64,000 nucleotides of DNA from an uncultured Chloroflexia bacterium (GTDB lineage Bacteria > Chloroflexota > Limnocylindria > Limnocylindrales > CSP1-4). Numbering within the stretch: the first letter of the stretch is position 1; each line of letters begins with the position of its first letter. Both the position numbers and the translations under genes were made by a program. Shown in pieces: positions 17,289 to 27,520 of this stretch. The notes under the pieces are model-generated. The model was not told where the DNA came from, ran no database searches, and worked only from the letters and a program-made list of their open reading frames with translations. The DNA lies in the NCBI GenBank assembly GCA_963825995.1, contig CAWGVH010000001.1, positions 2,903 to 66,902 on the forward strand, read 5' to 3'.

Positions 17289-18620
17289 ATGGACATCGCG
17301 GTCATCGGGTCAGGCATCAGTGGTCTGTCGGCAGCCTACGCCCTTCGTAACGACCACCGCGTGCGGCTCTACGAGGCCGAGCCTGAGCCGGGCGGTCACG
17401 TCAAGACCGTGAGCGTTGGCACGCCGGGTGGGCAACTCGCCGTGGATATCGGCTTCATCGTCTACAACGAGCCCACTTATCCGCGCTTCACCAGGCTGCT
17501 CGCCGAGCTGGGCGTGGAGACACAGCCAACGGAGATGTCGCTGGGTCACACCTGCCGCTCATGCAGCCTCGAGTTCAGCTCGCTCGGAGCGCGTGGCATG
17601 TTCGCGCAGCCGTCTAGCCTCCTGCAGGCCTCCCACTGGCGCATGATCGCGGACATCCGGCGCTTCTACGGCGTGGCGCGGCGCCGCCTCGACCACGACC
17701 GCTGGACGCGCGAGACCCTGGGCACCTTCCTCGACGACGGCGGCTACGGCATCGCTTTTCGCAATCACTTCCTGGTGCCGGTCGTCTCGGCTGTCTGGTC
17801 GACCTCGGCGGCCGAGATCATGGACTTCCCCGTCGACTACCTGCTTCGCTTCCTGGACAACCACGGCCTCATCGGGTTCGGGCAGAGTCATCCCTGGCGC
17901 ACCCTCAAGGGGGGCTCGAAGACCTACGTGGAGCGCATCCTGGAACGGCTGCCCGAGGGCTCGGTCCGCGCAGGCGACCCGGTGACCCGCATCCTGCGGC
18001 ACGAACAGAGTGTGACGGTGGTCACCGAGAGCGGCGCCAGCGCCCGCTTCGACGGCGTCGTCATGGCCACCCACGCGGACGTCACGCTGGCCTTGCTGGC
18101 TGATGCCGATGACGAGGAACGCGACGCCCTCGGCCTCTTCGAGTACACCATCAACGACGTCGTTCTCCATACGGACGAGACGATGCTGCCGCGTCGCGAG
18201 GGGGCGCGGGGATCCTGGAACGTGGATACCGTGGACTGCCACCGCCCTGGTCAGCAGTTGACCATGACCTACTTCATGAGCCGCCTGCAGCACCTGCCCG
18301 GAGAGACGCTCTACTGCACGTCTGTCAACCCGGGCGACCTGGTGGACCCCGCGAAGGTCATCTTGGCGCGATCCATGAGCCACCCCAAGTACACGTTCCG
18401 CACGCTGGACGGGCAGGTCGCCCTGGGCCGACTGCAGGGACATCGGCGCACCCTCTACGCCGGAGCGCACCTCGGCTATGGTTTCCACGAGGATGGCTGC
18501 CGGTCCGGCTACGAGGCTGCCGAGCGGATCGCTGGCGGCATCCTAGCGATCGCCCCCACGGGCTCTGGGGACGTCGCCGGGCCAGAGGTCGCCTCCGTCG
18601 TCCCGGCAGGCGCGGCATGA
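17289..18620 (+). CDS. FAD/NAD(P)-binding amine-oxidase-like oxidoreductase
   Basis: N-terminal dinucleotide fold [29 protein letters not shown]. It is the first gene of a translationally coupled operon with DUF1365 and a CFA-synthase-like gene. Confidence 0.85.
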   Translation: MDIAVIGSGISGLSAAYALRNDHRVRLYEAEPEPGGHVKTVSVGTPGGQLAVDIGFIVYNEPTYPRFTRLLAELGVETQPTEMSLGHTCRSCSLEFSSLGARGMFAQPSSLLQASHWRMIADIRRFYGVARRRLDHDRWTRETLGTFLDDGGYGIAFRNHFLVPVVSAVWSTSAAEIMDFPVDYLLRFLDNHGLIGFGQSHPWRTLKGGSKTYVERILERLPEGSVRAGDPVTRILRHEQSVTVVTESGASARFDGVVMATHADVTLALLADADDEERDALGLFEYTINDVVLHTDETMLPRREGARGSWNVDTVDCHRPGQQLTMTYFMSRLQHLPGETLYCTSVNPGDLVDPAKVILARSMSHPKYTFRTLDGQVALGRLQGHRRTLYAGAHLGYGFHEDGCRSGYEAAERIAGGILAIAPTGSGDVAGPEVASVVPAGAA

Positions 18621-19420
18621 CAGCGGTCGCCTCCAGACCGCGCTCGACAACGGAGCCACTGGCATCAGGACCGCACCCGATGCGCTCACACCTGCTGCAC
18701 GGCAAGGTCCGTCACCGGCGCTCACGACCGCTCGAGTATGAGCTCGAGCACGACGTCTTCTACCTCGCGCTTGACCTCTCCGAGATGGATGCCGCGATCG
18801 GCGGCGTGCGCCTTCTCAGCCGCAACCGCGCCAACGTGCTCACCTTCCGCGACCGCGACCACTGGCTCCCGGCAGCGACCGACCTGGCGGCCTCCGTCCA
18901 GCGGCACCTGCGCGAGGAGGGCCTCGACCCGACCGGCTGGCGCATCACCTTCATCGCCACGCCGCGCATCTTCGGCTACCAGTTCAACCCGGCCAGCTTC
19001 TACCTCTGTCGCGACAGCGAGGGTGCCCTGCGCGTCGTCATCATCGAAGTGCACAACACGCATGGCGAGCGGCGCCTCTACACGCAGCACCCGGAGCGGC
19101 ACGGTTCCGGCTGGGTCGATTCGATGGACAAGGACTTCTACGTCTCGCCCTTCATCGACATGGACGCCCGCTACAGGGTGCGGGTCCAGGACGACCCGCG
19201 GATCCTGCGCATCGCGATGTCGGAGACCGAGCACGGATCGCCCCTCCTCACCGCAAGCCTGGTGCTGCAGCGGGCACGGCTGACCGACCGGATGCTGGCG
19301 CGGCTCCTGCTGCGGATCCCCTTCGCCACGCACAAGACCATCGCGGCCATCCACCTGCACGCCTGGCGGCTGTGGCGCCGGGGCCTCCGTTTCCATCGCC
19401 ACTCTGAGGTGACCCGTTGA
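18617..19420 (+). CDS. DUF1365 family protein
   Basis: ATGA overlap with the upstream stop. [29 protein letters not shown]...[10 protein letters not shown] is the DUF1365 pattern. Confidence 0.8.
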   Translation: MTAVASRPRSTTEPLASGPHPMRSHLLHGKVRHRRSRPLEYELEHDVFYLALDLSEMDAAIGGVRLLSRNRANVLTFRDRDHWLPAATDLAASVQRHLREEGLDPTGWRITFIATPRIFGYQFNPASFYLCRDSEGALRVVIIEVHNTHGERRLYTQHPERHGSGWVDSMDKDFYVSPFIDMDARYRVRVQDDPRILRIAMSETEHGSPLLTASLVLQRARLTDRMLARLLLRIPFATHKTIAAIHLHAWRLWRRGLRFHRHSEVTR

Positions 19421-20658
19421 CGGCTCCCACGCGCCTGGAGTGGCTGGCCGGCCCGCTCGATCCCCTCCTGACGGGCGTTTCGGGTCGCATCGGGCTGGCT
19501 GCCGCCTCGCGCATCCGCCACGGCTGCTTGACGGTGCATCTGCCGGACGGCTCGCGACGGGTCTTCGGCGACCGCGACTCCGAGTTGCGCGGCGAGATGC
19601 GCATCCACGACCTGGAGGCCCTGCGGCGCCTCTTGCTTGGGGGTGAGATCGGCGGTGGTGAGGCCTACGTGGACGGTCTCTGGTCCAGTCCCGACCTCGT
19701 GGCGCTCATCTCGCTGGCCGTGGCGAACCGGACCGACCTGGCCCTCTCCAAGGGCTGGTGGCGGGTGCCCGCCAAGGTCGGTCGGACCGTCGCCCATCGC
19801 CGCAACCGCAACACGAAGGCCGGTGCCCGGCGCAACATCACCGCCCACTACGACCTGGGCAACGACTTCTACCGGCTCTGGCTGGACGAGACCATGACCT
19901 ACTCGAGCGCGCTCTTCGAATCGCCCGAGCAGTCGCTGGCCGATGCTCAGCGCAGCAAGTACCGCCGCATGGCAGAGCTGGCTGGCCTGGAGCGTGGCCA
20001 GCACGTGCTCGAGATCGGCACCGGATGGGGCGGCTTCGCACTGTACGCGGCAGGCGAGCTGGGCTGCCGGGTCACGACCATCACCATCTCGCGATCGCAG
20101 CACGACCTGGCTCGTCAGCGTGTCACGGAGGCGGGGCTCGCGGGTCTCGTGGACGTCCAACTGCGCGACTACCGGGACCTGGAAGGCACCTACGACGCCA
20201 TCGTGTCGATCGAGATGCTGGAGGCCGTCGGCGCCGAGTACTACCGTGACTTCTTCGCGGCCTGCGGGCGAGCCCTGAAGACCGGAGGCCGCTTGAGCGT
20301 GCAGGTCATCACCTTCCCCCACGATGCCTACGAGGCGCAGCTGCGAGGCGCCAACTGGATCCAGCGCTACATCTTCCCAGGCGGCGTGCTGCCCTCCCTG
20401 GCGGCAATCGAGGCTTCCCTAGCCCACACCCAGCTGCTGGTGACCGGGGTGCACGACATCCGCGACAGCTACGCGCGCACGCTGCAGACGTGGCGGACCA
20501 GCTTCTTCGGTCACCTCGATGAGGTTCACGCCATGGGCTTCGACGACCGCTTCATCCGCATGTGGGACTACTACCTGTCCCTCAGCGAGGCAGGCTTCCG
20601 CACGGGCATGACGCAGGACCTTCAGATCGCCTTCCAGAAGCGCCGCGGCGTGGTCTGA
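19417..20658 (+). CDS. cyclopropane-fatty-acyl-phospholipid synthase family SAM-dependent methyltransferase
   Basis: TTGA overlap with the upstream stop. Motifs are HYDLGNDFYRLWLDETMTYSSALF and VLEIGTGWGGFALYAA. Confidence 0.88.
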   Translation: MTAPTRLEWLAGPLDPLLTGVSGRIGLAAASRIRHGCLTVHLPDGSRRVFGDRDSELRGEMRIHDLEALRRLLLGGEIGGGEAYVDGLWSSPDLVALISLAVANRTDLALSKGWWRVPAKVGRTVAHRRNRNTKAGARRNITAHYDLGNDFYRLWLDETMTYSSALFESPEQSLADAQRSKYRRMAELAGLERGQHVLEIGTGWGGFALYAAGELGCRVTTITISRSQHDLARQRVTEAGLAGLVDVQLRDYRDLEGTYDAIVSIEMLEAVGAEYYRDFFAACGRALKTGGRLSVQVITFPHDAYEAQLRGANWIQRYIFPGGVLPSLAAIEASLAHTQLLVTGVHDIRDSYARTLQTWRTSFFGHLDEVHAMGFDDRFIRMWDYYLSLSEAGFRTGMTQDLQIAFQKRRGVV

Positions 20659-20737
20659 GCTGGTGCAGCCGATCACGGGCGATCCGTCGACGCTGGTTCG
20701 ATCAGCCGACCCCATGGCCGGCCCTGCAGCCGTGCCG

Positions 20738-22174
20738 ATGCGCATCCTGATCGTGGGCGCCAGCGGGTACGTCGGCGGACGCCTGGCAGCACGTCTCATC
20801 GAGCGCGGCCACCACGTGCGGTTGGCCAGCCGGGATCCGCGGGGTCTGGCTGACCGCTTCCCGACGGCAGAGGTCGTCCGCCTCGATCTCCTGGACCCGG
20901 CAACCCTGCCGGCTGCCCTCGAGGGTGTCGAGCTGGCCTACTACCTGGCCCACTCCATGGCCGGTGGCGAGGCCGGCTTCGAACAGCGCGACCTTGCCGC
21001 CGCCCGCGCGTTCGCACGCTCCGCGCATGAGGCTGGCGTGGGCCACGTCGTCTACCTGGGCGGGCTGGGTGACCCCTCCAGGGAGCTCTCCCCGCACCTC
21101 ACCAGTCGCCAGCGGGTCGGGGCAGAGCTGGCCGCCCATGGCGTGCCGGTGACCGAGTTCCGGGCCGCCATCATCATCGGCTCGGGCAGCGCCTCCTTCG
21201 AGCTGTTGCGCAGCCTCGTGGAGCACCTGCCGGTGATGATCACGCCGCGCTGGGTGCGGACGCTATGCCAGCCCATCGCCGTCCGTGACGTACTCGACTT
21301 CCTCGTGGGAGCGGCCGGTCATCCGGAGCGCGCGGGCATCGTCGAGATCGGCGGGCCGGATGTGCTCTCCTACGCCGAGATGATGCAGACGTACGCGCGC
21401 CTGCGGGGCATGCGCCGTCTCATGATCCCGGTCCCGGTGCTCACGCCTCGGCTCAGCTCCTACTGGTGCAACCTGGTCACACCCGTCCCCGCCTCGATCG
21501 CGCGGCCACTCATCGAGGGACTCCGCAACGAGGTGGTCGTGCGCGAGCCCGGGCCTGCGGTAGCCTTCGGCATCGAGGCCACGCCCTTCGAGCTGGCCGT
21601 GCGGCGCGCCATCGAGCGTACCGACGGCCACGACATCGAGACCACCTGGTTCGATTCGATGGGCGTGCCCGGTCGGCCGGACCTGACCGAGGTGGGGTCA
21701 CGCGAGGGCATGATCGTGGACCGCCAGCGCCGCTCGGTCCATGCCAGTGCCACCGTGACCTTCGCCGAGATCGAGCGCCTCGGTGGGACCAGCGGCTGGC
21801 CGTTCGCCAACCTGCTCTGGGCGGCCCGCGGTCTGCTCGACCGCACCGTCGGTGGGCCCGGCATGCGCCTGGGTCGTCGGGACCCTGATCATGTCCGCGT
21901 CGGCGATGCTGTCGACTTCTGGCGCGTGGAGGCGGTGCGCTGGCCCGAGCTGCTGCGTCTCCGTGCCGAGATGAAGGTCCCCGGTCGCGCCTGGCTGCAG
22001 TACGAGGTGACCGAGTCAGCTGCAGGCAGCCTCATCACCCAGACCGCCTTCTTCGAGCCAAAGGGTCTCAGCGGCCGGCTCTACTGGTACCTCCTGCTGC
22101 CCGCGCACTGGCTGATCTTCCGCGGCTCCATCCGCAAGCTGGTGCAACGCGCCGAGCGAGCCGAGCGTCTCTGA
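20738..22174 (+). CDS. NAD(P)H-binding (atypical SDR/NmrA-like) protein with DUF2867-like C-terminal domain
   Basis: MRILIVGASGYVGGRLAARL Rossmann motif. The start could also be ATG 20714 or GTG 20663. Confidence 0.75.
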   Translation: MRILIVGASGYVGGRLAARLIERGHHVRLASRDPRGLADRFPTAEVVRLDLLDPATLPAALEGVELAYYLAHSMAGGEAGFEQRDLAAARAFARSAHEAGVGHVVYLGGLGDPSRELSPHLTSRQRVGAELAAHGVPVTEFRAAIIIGSGSASFELLRSLVEHLPVMITPRWVRTLCQPIAVRDVLDFLVGAAGHPERAGIVEIGGPDVLSYAEMMQTYARLRGMRRLMIPVPVLTPRLSSYWCNLVTPVPASIARPLIEGLRNEVVVREPGPAVAFGIEATPFELAVRRAIERTDGHDIETTWFDSMGVPGRPDLTEVGSREGMIVDRQRRSVHASATVTFAEIERLGGTSGWPFANLLWAARGLLDRTVGGPGMRLGRRDPDHVRVGDAVDFWRVEAVRWPELLRLRAEMKVPGRAWLQYEVTESAAGSLITQTAFFEPKGLSGRLYWYLLLPAHWLIFRGSIRKLVQRAERAERL

Positions 22175-22189
22175 CGCAGCGTCGGGTCC

Positions 22190-23623
22190 TCAAACGTCGG
22201 CACCCTCCCCGGCCCCGGCGGCCGTGACCGACCGGAAGGCAGCCAGGGCGCGCTCGCGCCCGGCCTGCAAGTCCACGATGGGCCGAGGGTAGGAACCACC
22301 GAGGTGGACGCCCGCCTCCGCGGACACAGCGGCAGACATCTCCCAGGGCGCGTGGATGTGGCGTGCCGGGACCTTCCCCAGCTCGGGCACCCAGCGGCGC
22401 ACCCAGTCACCATCAGGATCGAAGCGCTGCCCTTGCAGGACCGGGTTGAAGATGCGGAACCATGGCTGCGGGTCTGCGCCCACGCCCGCCGTCCACTGCC
22501 AGCCACCTCTGTTGTTCGCGACATCGCCATCGATCAGGTGCCCCATGAAGTGACGCTCGCCGACGCGGTAGTCCATGAGCAGGTGCCGGGTCAGGAAGGA
22601 GGCCACCACCAGGCGGGCCCGGTTGCCCAACCACGAGGTCGCCGCCAGCTGGCGCATGCCGGCATCCACGGCCGGGATGCCCGTGCGTCCTTCGCGCCAG
22701 GCAGCGACCGCCTCGGGGTCCTCCCGCTCTGAACGAAAGACGGCCATGAAGGGGCTATCAGCCGCGGGGTCGACGGCCGCGCGTCGATGGAAGAGCAGGT
22801 GATGGTAGAACTCCCGCCAGGCGACCTGGCGCACGAACGGCTGGGCCGTCTCGCCGACCTCAAGGGCGGCGCTCTCGACCTGGAGCGGCGAGAGCGTGCC
22901 GAGGTGGAGGTCGGGCCCCAGCCGCGACGTGGCCTGGCCGTCAAGGCCGTCACGGCCGCGACCGTAACCGGAGAGCCCTTCGAGCACCCAGGTCCGGAGG
23001 CGCTCCTGGGCGGCCGATTCGCCCGCCTCGGGCGTGCCGGGATATGGTGCCTCGCGATCAGCCAGCGCAGCCGTGACCGCCATCGACCCAGCCACGAGGT
23101 GCGCCGGGGTGTGGATGGCTCCGATGGCTGGCAGCAGTGGCCGCCGGGCGGCCTGCTGCAGCGCTCGCCAGAACGGCGTGAAGACGCCGTACGGCCGGCC
23201 AGAGGCGGTGAGCATGGACTCAGGCTCGGCCAGCAGCAGACCGGGCTGCAGCTGGAGGCGACGGCCGTCGCGCTCGAGCGCGGCAGCCACGGCCTGGTCA
23301 CGTCGATGGCTGAAGGGCGTGACGTCCCGGGTCGCCAGGATGACGGCAGCGCCGGCCTCATGCGCCAGCCTCGGCACGACCTCCTCGGGGCGACCGGTAC
23401 GCAGGAGCAGGCCGCTGCCACGCACCCGCAGGGAGGCGTCGAGCTCGGCGAGCGTGCGCATCAGGAACCACGTCCGTGCCGGCGCGGACGTGGAAGCGTC
23501 CAGGAGTCGCTCATCGAGCACAAAGAGCGGGATCACGGCGCGCCCTCCAGCCACCGCCATGCTCAGGGCCGGATGGTCCCTGATCCGCAGGTCGCGCCGA
23601 AACCAGACGATGGCGGTGTCCAT
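22190..23623 (-). CDS. phr: deoxyribodipyrimidine photolyase (CPD photolyase/cryptochrome family)
   Basis: ORF trimmed to ATG 23623, which has a GGAGG RBS. Motifs are MDTAIVWFRRDLRIRDHPAL, TSRLGPDLHLGTLSP, WREFY, GWQWTAGVGAD and RIFNPVLQ. Confidence 0.9.
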   Translation of the reverse strand: MDTAIVWFRRDLRIRDHPALSMAVAGGRAVIPLFVLDERLLDASTSAPARTWFLMRTLAELDASLRVRGSGLLLRTGRPEEVVPRLAHEAGAAVILATRDVTPFSHRRDQAVAAALERDGRRLQLQPGLLLAEPESMLTASGRPYGVFTPFWRALQQAARRPLLPAIGAIHTPAHLVAGSMAVTAALADREAPYPGTPEAGESAAQERLRTWVLEGLSGYGRGRDGLDGQATSRLGPDLHLGTLSPLQVESAALEVGETAQPFVRQVAWREFYHHLLFHRRAAVDPAADSPFMAVFRSEREDPEAVAAWREGRTGIPAVDAGMRQLAATSWLGNRARLVVASFLTRHLLMDYRVGERHFMGHLIDGDVANNRGGWQWTAGVGADPQPWFRIFNPVLQGQRFDPDGDWVRRWVPELGKVPARHIHAPWEMSAAVSAEAGVHLGGSYPRPIVDLQAGRERALAAFRSVTAAGAGEGADV

Positions 23624-23673
23624 GCTCTCCTCCACCCTGCTCCTCTGGTCGATGTCTTGGTCGGCGCTCCAGA

Positions 23674-23760
23674 ACCCTGTACAGCCGCCAAGAACATTGT
23701 ACAAGTGGTTGACACCTGAGGGTGATATCCGTATCCTGAAACTCTACAAACATTATACAC
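23674..23760. promoter_or_regulatory. divergent phr / SRPBCC-epimerase control region: promoter TTGACA-N17-TATCCT plus five TGTACA/ACA repeat units; putative CarH/LitR operators
   Basis: Repeat units are CTGTACA (23677), AACATTGTACAAGTGGTTGACAC (23693..23715, two units 11 bp apart) and CTCTACAAACATTATACAC (23742..23760, two units 11 bp apart). The -35 is at 23709..23714 and the -10 at 23732..23737. Confidence 0.45.
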
Positions 23761-25215
23761 ATGGGATCCGAGGCGATGACGAAACACACGCTGGACAGCA
23801 CCCACATCGTGAAGGCGGACCTGGAGCGCGTGTGGGATTTCTTCTCCCGTGCCCGCAACCTGGGACGCATCACCCCCCGCTCGATGGGCTTCGACATTCA
23901 CACGCCCGACCCGGTGACGGAGACCGGCGCCGTCATCGATTACACGGTGCGGCCGCTGTTCGGCATCCCCACCCACTGGCAGACGCACATCGATGAGGTG
24001 GAAGCTCCCCTGCGCTTCCGCGACGTGCAGGCCAAGGGCCCCTACAGGTCGTGGGTCCACGAACACCGCTTCACTCCTGTCACGGACGGGGTCCGCATGG
24101 ACGACCACGTCGAGTACGAGCTGCCCCTCGGGCCGCTCGGCACCCTGGGACACCGTCTCGTGGTGCGGGCCCAGCTCGAGCACGTCTTCGCCTTTCGTGC
24201 CACGGCCATCGACCAGATCTTTGAGCCGGCCGGCGACCGGGCGAACGGGCGACCGGGTACCATCGCCGTCGCCGGCGGGACAGGTTTCGTGGGTGGTGAG
24301 ATCGCCCGTGAGCTCCGCCGCCGCGGGCGGCACGTCGTCGTCCTCTCCTCTCGGGGCGAGGGTGCCCGCGGGCAGTTGCCGGACGACATCGAACTGCGGT
24401 CGGCCGACGTCCGCGACCCCGCAGGCCTGGGCGCCGCGCTGGAGGGCGTGGATGAGCTGGTCATCTCACTGGCCTTCCCTGGCCTACCGGTCGAGCAGCC
24501 CAGCAAGGGCTACACCTTCATGGAGGTCGATGCCGGCGGCACGCAGCGGCTCATCGCAGCCGGCCGGCAGGCTGGCGTCCGCCGCGTGGTCTACCTCTCG
24601 GGTGCGGGTGCTGGTCACGACGCCCAGCGTCACTGGTTCCGCGCCAAGGCCGTGGCGGAGGACGCCGTGCGCGGCTCAGGGATGGCCTGGACGATCCTGC
24701 GACCAACTTGGGTCTATGGCTCCGGCGACGTCTCGCTCAACCGCTTCCTCGGGTTCACACGCTCCCTGCCCTTCGTGCCTCTCACGAATCTGGGCCGCCA
24801 GCTGCTGGCCCCGGTCTTCGTCGGCGACGTGGCTCGCCTGGCGGCGGATTCACTGGAGCAGGATGCTGCCGTCGAGCAGGTCTTCGAGGTCGGTGGCCCG
24901 GAGGCCATGTCCATGCGCGAGGTCATCGGACGGGCCATGAGCGTGGCGGGCCTTCACAAGCCCCTCATCCCCGGCCCCGCTCCACTCCTCAAGATGGCCG
25001 CCTGGCCCATGCGCTTCCTGCCGAACCCGCCCCTGAGCCCTGACGCGGTGGATTTCGTCAACCAGCCGGCCACCGTGGACATCGAGCCCCTCTTGCGATC
25101 CATGCCGCGCACGCTCACGCCACTGGAGGCCGGCCTGGCGACGTACCTGGGCCCGCGGCACACCTCGACCACGATCATCGACGGACTCACGGAGGGTGTG
25201 CGGACGCCCGCCTGA
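23761..25215 (+). CDS. fusion protein: N-terminal SRPBCC domain + NAD-dependent epimerase/dehydratase (atypical SDR) domain
   Basis: N-terminal sequence is HIVKADLERVWDFFSRARNLGRITP...YRSWVHEHRF. It is followed by IAVAGGTGFVGGEIAREL and a Rossmann-type domain. Confidence 0.8.
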   Translation: MGSEAMTKHTLDSTHIVKADLERVWDFFSRARNLGRITPRSMGFDIHTPDPVTETGAVIDYTVRPLFGIPTHWQTHIDEVEAPLRFRDVQAKGPYRSWVHEHRFTPVTDGVRMDDHVEYELPLGPLGTLGHRLVVRAQLEHVFAFRATAIDQIFEPAGDRANGRPGTIAVAGGTGFVGGEIARELRRRGRHVVVLSSRGEGARGQLPDDIELRSADVRDPAGLGAALEGVDELVISLAFPGLPVEQPSKGYTFMEVDAGGTQRLIAAGRQAGVRRVVYLSGAGAGHDAQRHWFRAKAVAEDAVRGSGMAWTILRPTWVYGSGDVSLNRFLGFTRSLPFVPLTNLGRQLLAPVFVGDVARLAADSLEQDAAVEQVFEVGGPEAMSMREVIGRAMSVAGLHKPLIPGPAPLLKMAAWPMRFLPNPPLSPDAVDFVNQPATVDIEPLLRSMPRTLTPLEAGLATYLGPRHTSTTIIDGLTEGVRTPA

Positions 25216-25243
25216 CGGTGCGCCTGTAGCCGGACACGACGCC

Positions 25244-27520
25244 ATGGTCGAGAGGCGCATCCCCCACGACGACGTGCCGCACATCCACGGCGGCACGATC
25301 CGCATCGCATCGGCGCCCCGCTGGCTACGTCAGCCTGCGACACGGTCTTTCGGGCTGGCCTCGTCGCTCGACGCTGTGCGGCGCGCTCCGACCATCCTGT
25401 CCGCTATCCGTCTCGCCCCGCAGGTCCGCGATGCAGCCGGCGCCGCCCTCCGTGCTGGCACCCGTCCGGCGCTCCTCCTGGAGCCGCTCGAGGAGGCCAT
25501 CCGGGACGCCAGCGACACGGTCACGGCCGTGGCCGCCATCCACGCCCTGGGGGAGGTCCCGGGCCGCCTCGCCGAGCGCGAGATGGCCCAGATGCTGAGC
25601 GAGGGCGTGAACGGCTTCGACGCCCACGCCGCCTGGACCGCGAGCCTGCGGCCGGCGTCGCCCGCGCTCATCGAGCCACTCACCAAGACCGTTGCACGCG
25701 GTGGCCTGGCCGGCATGCACGCCCAGCATGCCCTGGCCCGTTGGGCGAGCCAGGACGCCGGCATCGCGTCGGCTGTCCTGGTCGCCCTCGACACGGCGCT
25801 CCGGGAGACAGGCGTCGCGACCGCGCGCCGCTACCTCGCCGAGGTCGCTGGCCTCGTGCCCGGTCCCGTCGGCCGACGACTCCTGGAGCGGCTGGCCACC
25901 GATGCCTCGGAAGCGTCGGCCGTGCGAGTCGAGGCTGTCGCTTCGCTGGGTGACCGGGTCGGCGAGCGGCTGCCGCCGAGCGTCACGTCCCTGGCCTCGC
26001 AGGGCGGCCCCATCGGAGAGGCGGTTCGACAGGCGCGGGCACGGCAGGTGCTGGGGCGCCGCGGCCCGCGCCGCAGCCACACCCGCGAAGACGGCCTGAA
26101 GATCGCCCAGGTCCACCTCGGCGCCGTCCTGGACGCCGAGGCGACTCGCGCCGGTGTGGGTGATGCTGGTGGCGTTGCCACGCTGCTGCCGAGGCTGGGG
26201 GCAGCGCTGGCGGCAGAGCCGCACATCCACGAGATCATCAGCGTCGGCCGGGCGCTGCCCGGCGTGCCGGCGCGAACGCGGCTGCACGAGCAGCCCACGA
26301 TGGGCGGCCACTGCTTCGAGAACGTGGCCCTGGAAGAAGGCGAGGGTGCCACCTTCGCGGGTGACTGGCCCTCGCTCGTGGCGGCCGAGCGCGGCATTCG
26401 CGCCGCCTTGCTGGCATCAGGCACGCCGGACGTCCTCCACCTGCGCATTGCTGACCCGGGCAGCCTGGCCGCAGCACGTGTGGCCCACGAACTCGGCATC
26501 CCGACCGTCTTCACGCTCGCTCCTGATCCGCACGGTCCCATCGCGGCCGCCGAGCGCCGGGGCACACTCGACCGTCGGACCTTCGGGACGGAGGACGCGC
26601 GGTCGGCACTCTGGTATCGCGTCGGCCTCGTGGCACGGTTTGCCCACGAGGCCCGCGAGTTGGTCCTCTTCCCGCGACCCGACCTGCCGCGACAGCTCGC
26701 CGAGCTGGTGGGCATCGACCTGGCTGCCGGGCCGCCTCGTCACACCATCGTGGCCGAGGGCGTGGATACCCAGCAGGCCGACGAAGCTGCGGCAGCACGT
26801 GCGGCCGGCACGAGCGCAGCCGTCCTGGACGACCTGGTGCGGGCCATCGAGCGCCTGCCTGAGGAACGGCAGGGGCTGCCCATCGTCGTGAGCGTCGGCC
26901 GGCTCCACGACGTCAAGGGCATGGCCCGCATCGTCGAGGCCATCGCCCGCGACCCATCGCTCGGCGCGGGGGCGAACCTCGTCCTCGTCGGCGGCGACCT
27001 CGACCATCCAAATGCCGGTGAAGCGGCCGAGCTGGCGCGCATCAACGTGCTCTTCCACAGGCATGCCGGCCTCAGCGATCGGGTGATCCTGCTCGGACAC
27101 CGTCGGCACGCCGAGGCTGGCCTGCTCCTCGCGGTCGCGAGGCACGGCTGGGGCGACTGGGTCGCGCCTGGTGGCGCCTACGTCTGTGGCAGTCCCAAGG
27201 AGGAGTTCGGGCTCGCCATCCTGGAGGCCATGGCCGCGGGCCTGCCCGTCGTGGCGCCGCTGACTGGCGGCCCTGCCACCTACATCGAGCCCGGGGTCAC
27301 CGGCGCGTTGGTGGACACGACCGACCCGCGTGCCATCGCTGCCGGCATCCACGAGGCGCTGCACCTTGCCGCGGATCCGGCGACCGGCGAGCGCACCCGG
27401 TCCGTCGTGGACGCGCGCTTCACCCTCAGCCGGATGGCCCACACGCTGGCCGCTGTCTACCGCATCGCGGCCGGCGCCAGCACGCTGGCCCTGACCGTGG
27501 AGGAAGGCCGGGCGGCGTGA
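25244..27520 (+). CDS. HEAT-repeat N-terminal region fused to a GT4-family (GT-B) glycosyltransferase
   Basis: The C-terminal half carries VVSVGRLHDVKG...LVLVGG...GSPKEEFGLAILEAMAAGLPVVAP..GGPATYIEPGVTG, the glycos_transf_1 signature. Start chosen at ATG 25244, just after the upstream stop. Confidence 0.75.
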   Translation: MVERRIPHDDVPHIHGGTIRIASAPRWLRQPATRSFGLASSLDAVRRAPTILSAIRLAPQVRDAAGAALRAGTRPALLLEPLEEAIRDASDTVTAVAAIHALGEVPGRLAEREMAQMLSEGVNGFDAHAAWTASLRPASPALIEPLTKTVARGGLAGMHAQHALARWASQDAGIASAVLVALDTALRETGVATARRYLAEVAGLVPGPVGRRLLERLATDASEASAVRVEAVASLGDRVGERLPPSVTSLASQGGPIGEAVRQARARQVLGRRGPRRSHTREDGLKIAQVHLGAVLDAEATRAGVGDAGGVATLLPRLGAALAAEPHIHEIISVGRALPGVPARTRLHEQPTMGGHCFENVALEEGEGATFAGDWPSLVAAERGIRAALLASGTPDVLHLRIADPGSLAAARVAHELGIPTVFTLAPDPHGPIAAAERRGTLDRRTFGTEDARSALWYRVGLVARFAHEARELVLFPRPDLPRQLAELVGIDLAAGPPRHTIVAEGVDTQQADEAAAARAAGTSAAVLDDLVRAIERLPEERQGLPIVVSVGRLHDVKGMARIVEAIARDPSLGAGANLVLVGGDLDHPNAGEAAELARINVLFHRHAGLSDRVILLGHRRHAEAGLLLAVARHGWGDWVAPGGAYVCGSPKEEFGLAILEAMAAGLPVVAPLTGGPATYIEPGVTGALVDTTDPRAIAAGIHEALHLAADPATGERTRSVVDARFTLSRMAHTLAAVYRIAAGASTLALTVEEGRAA

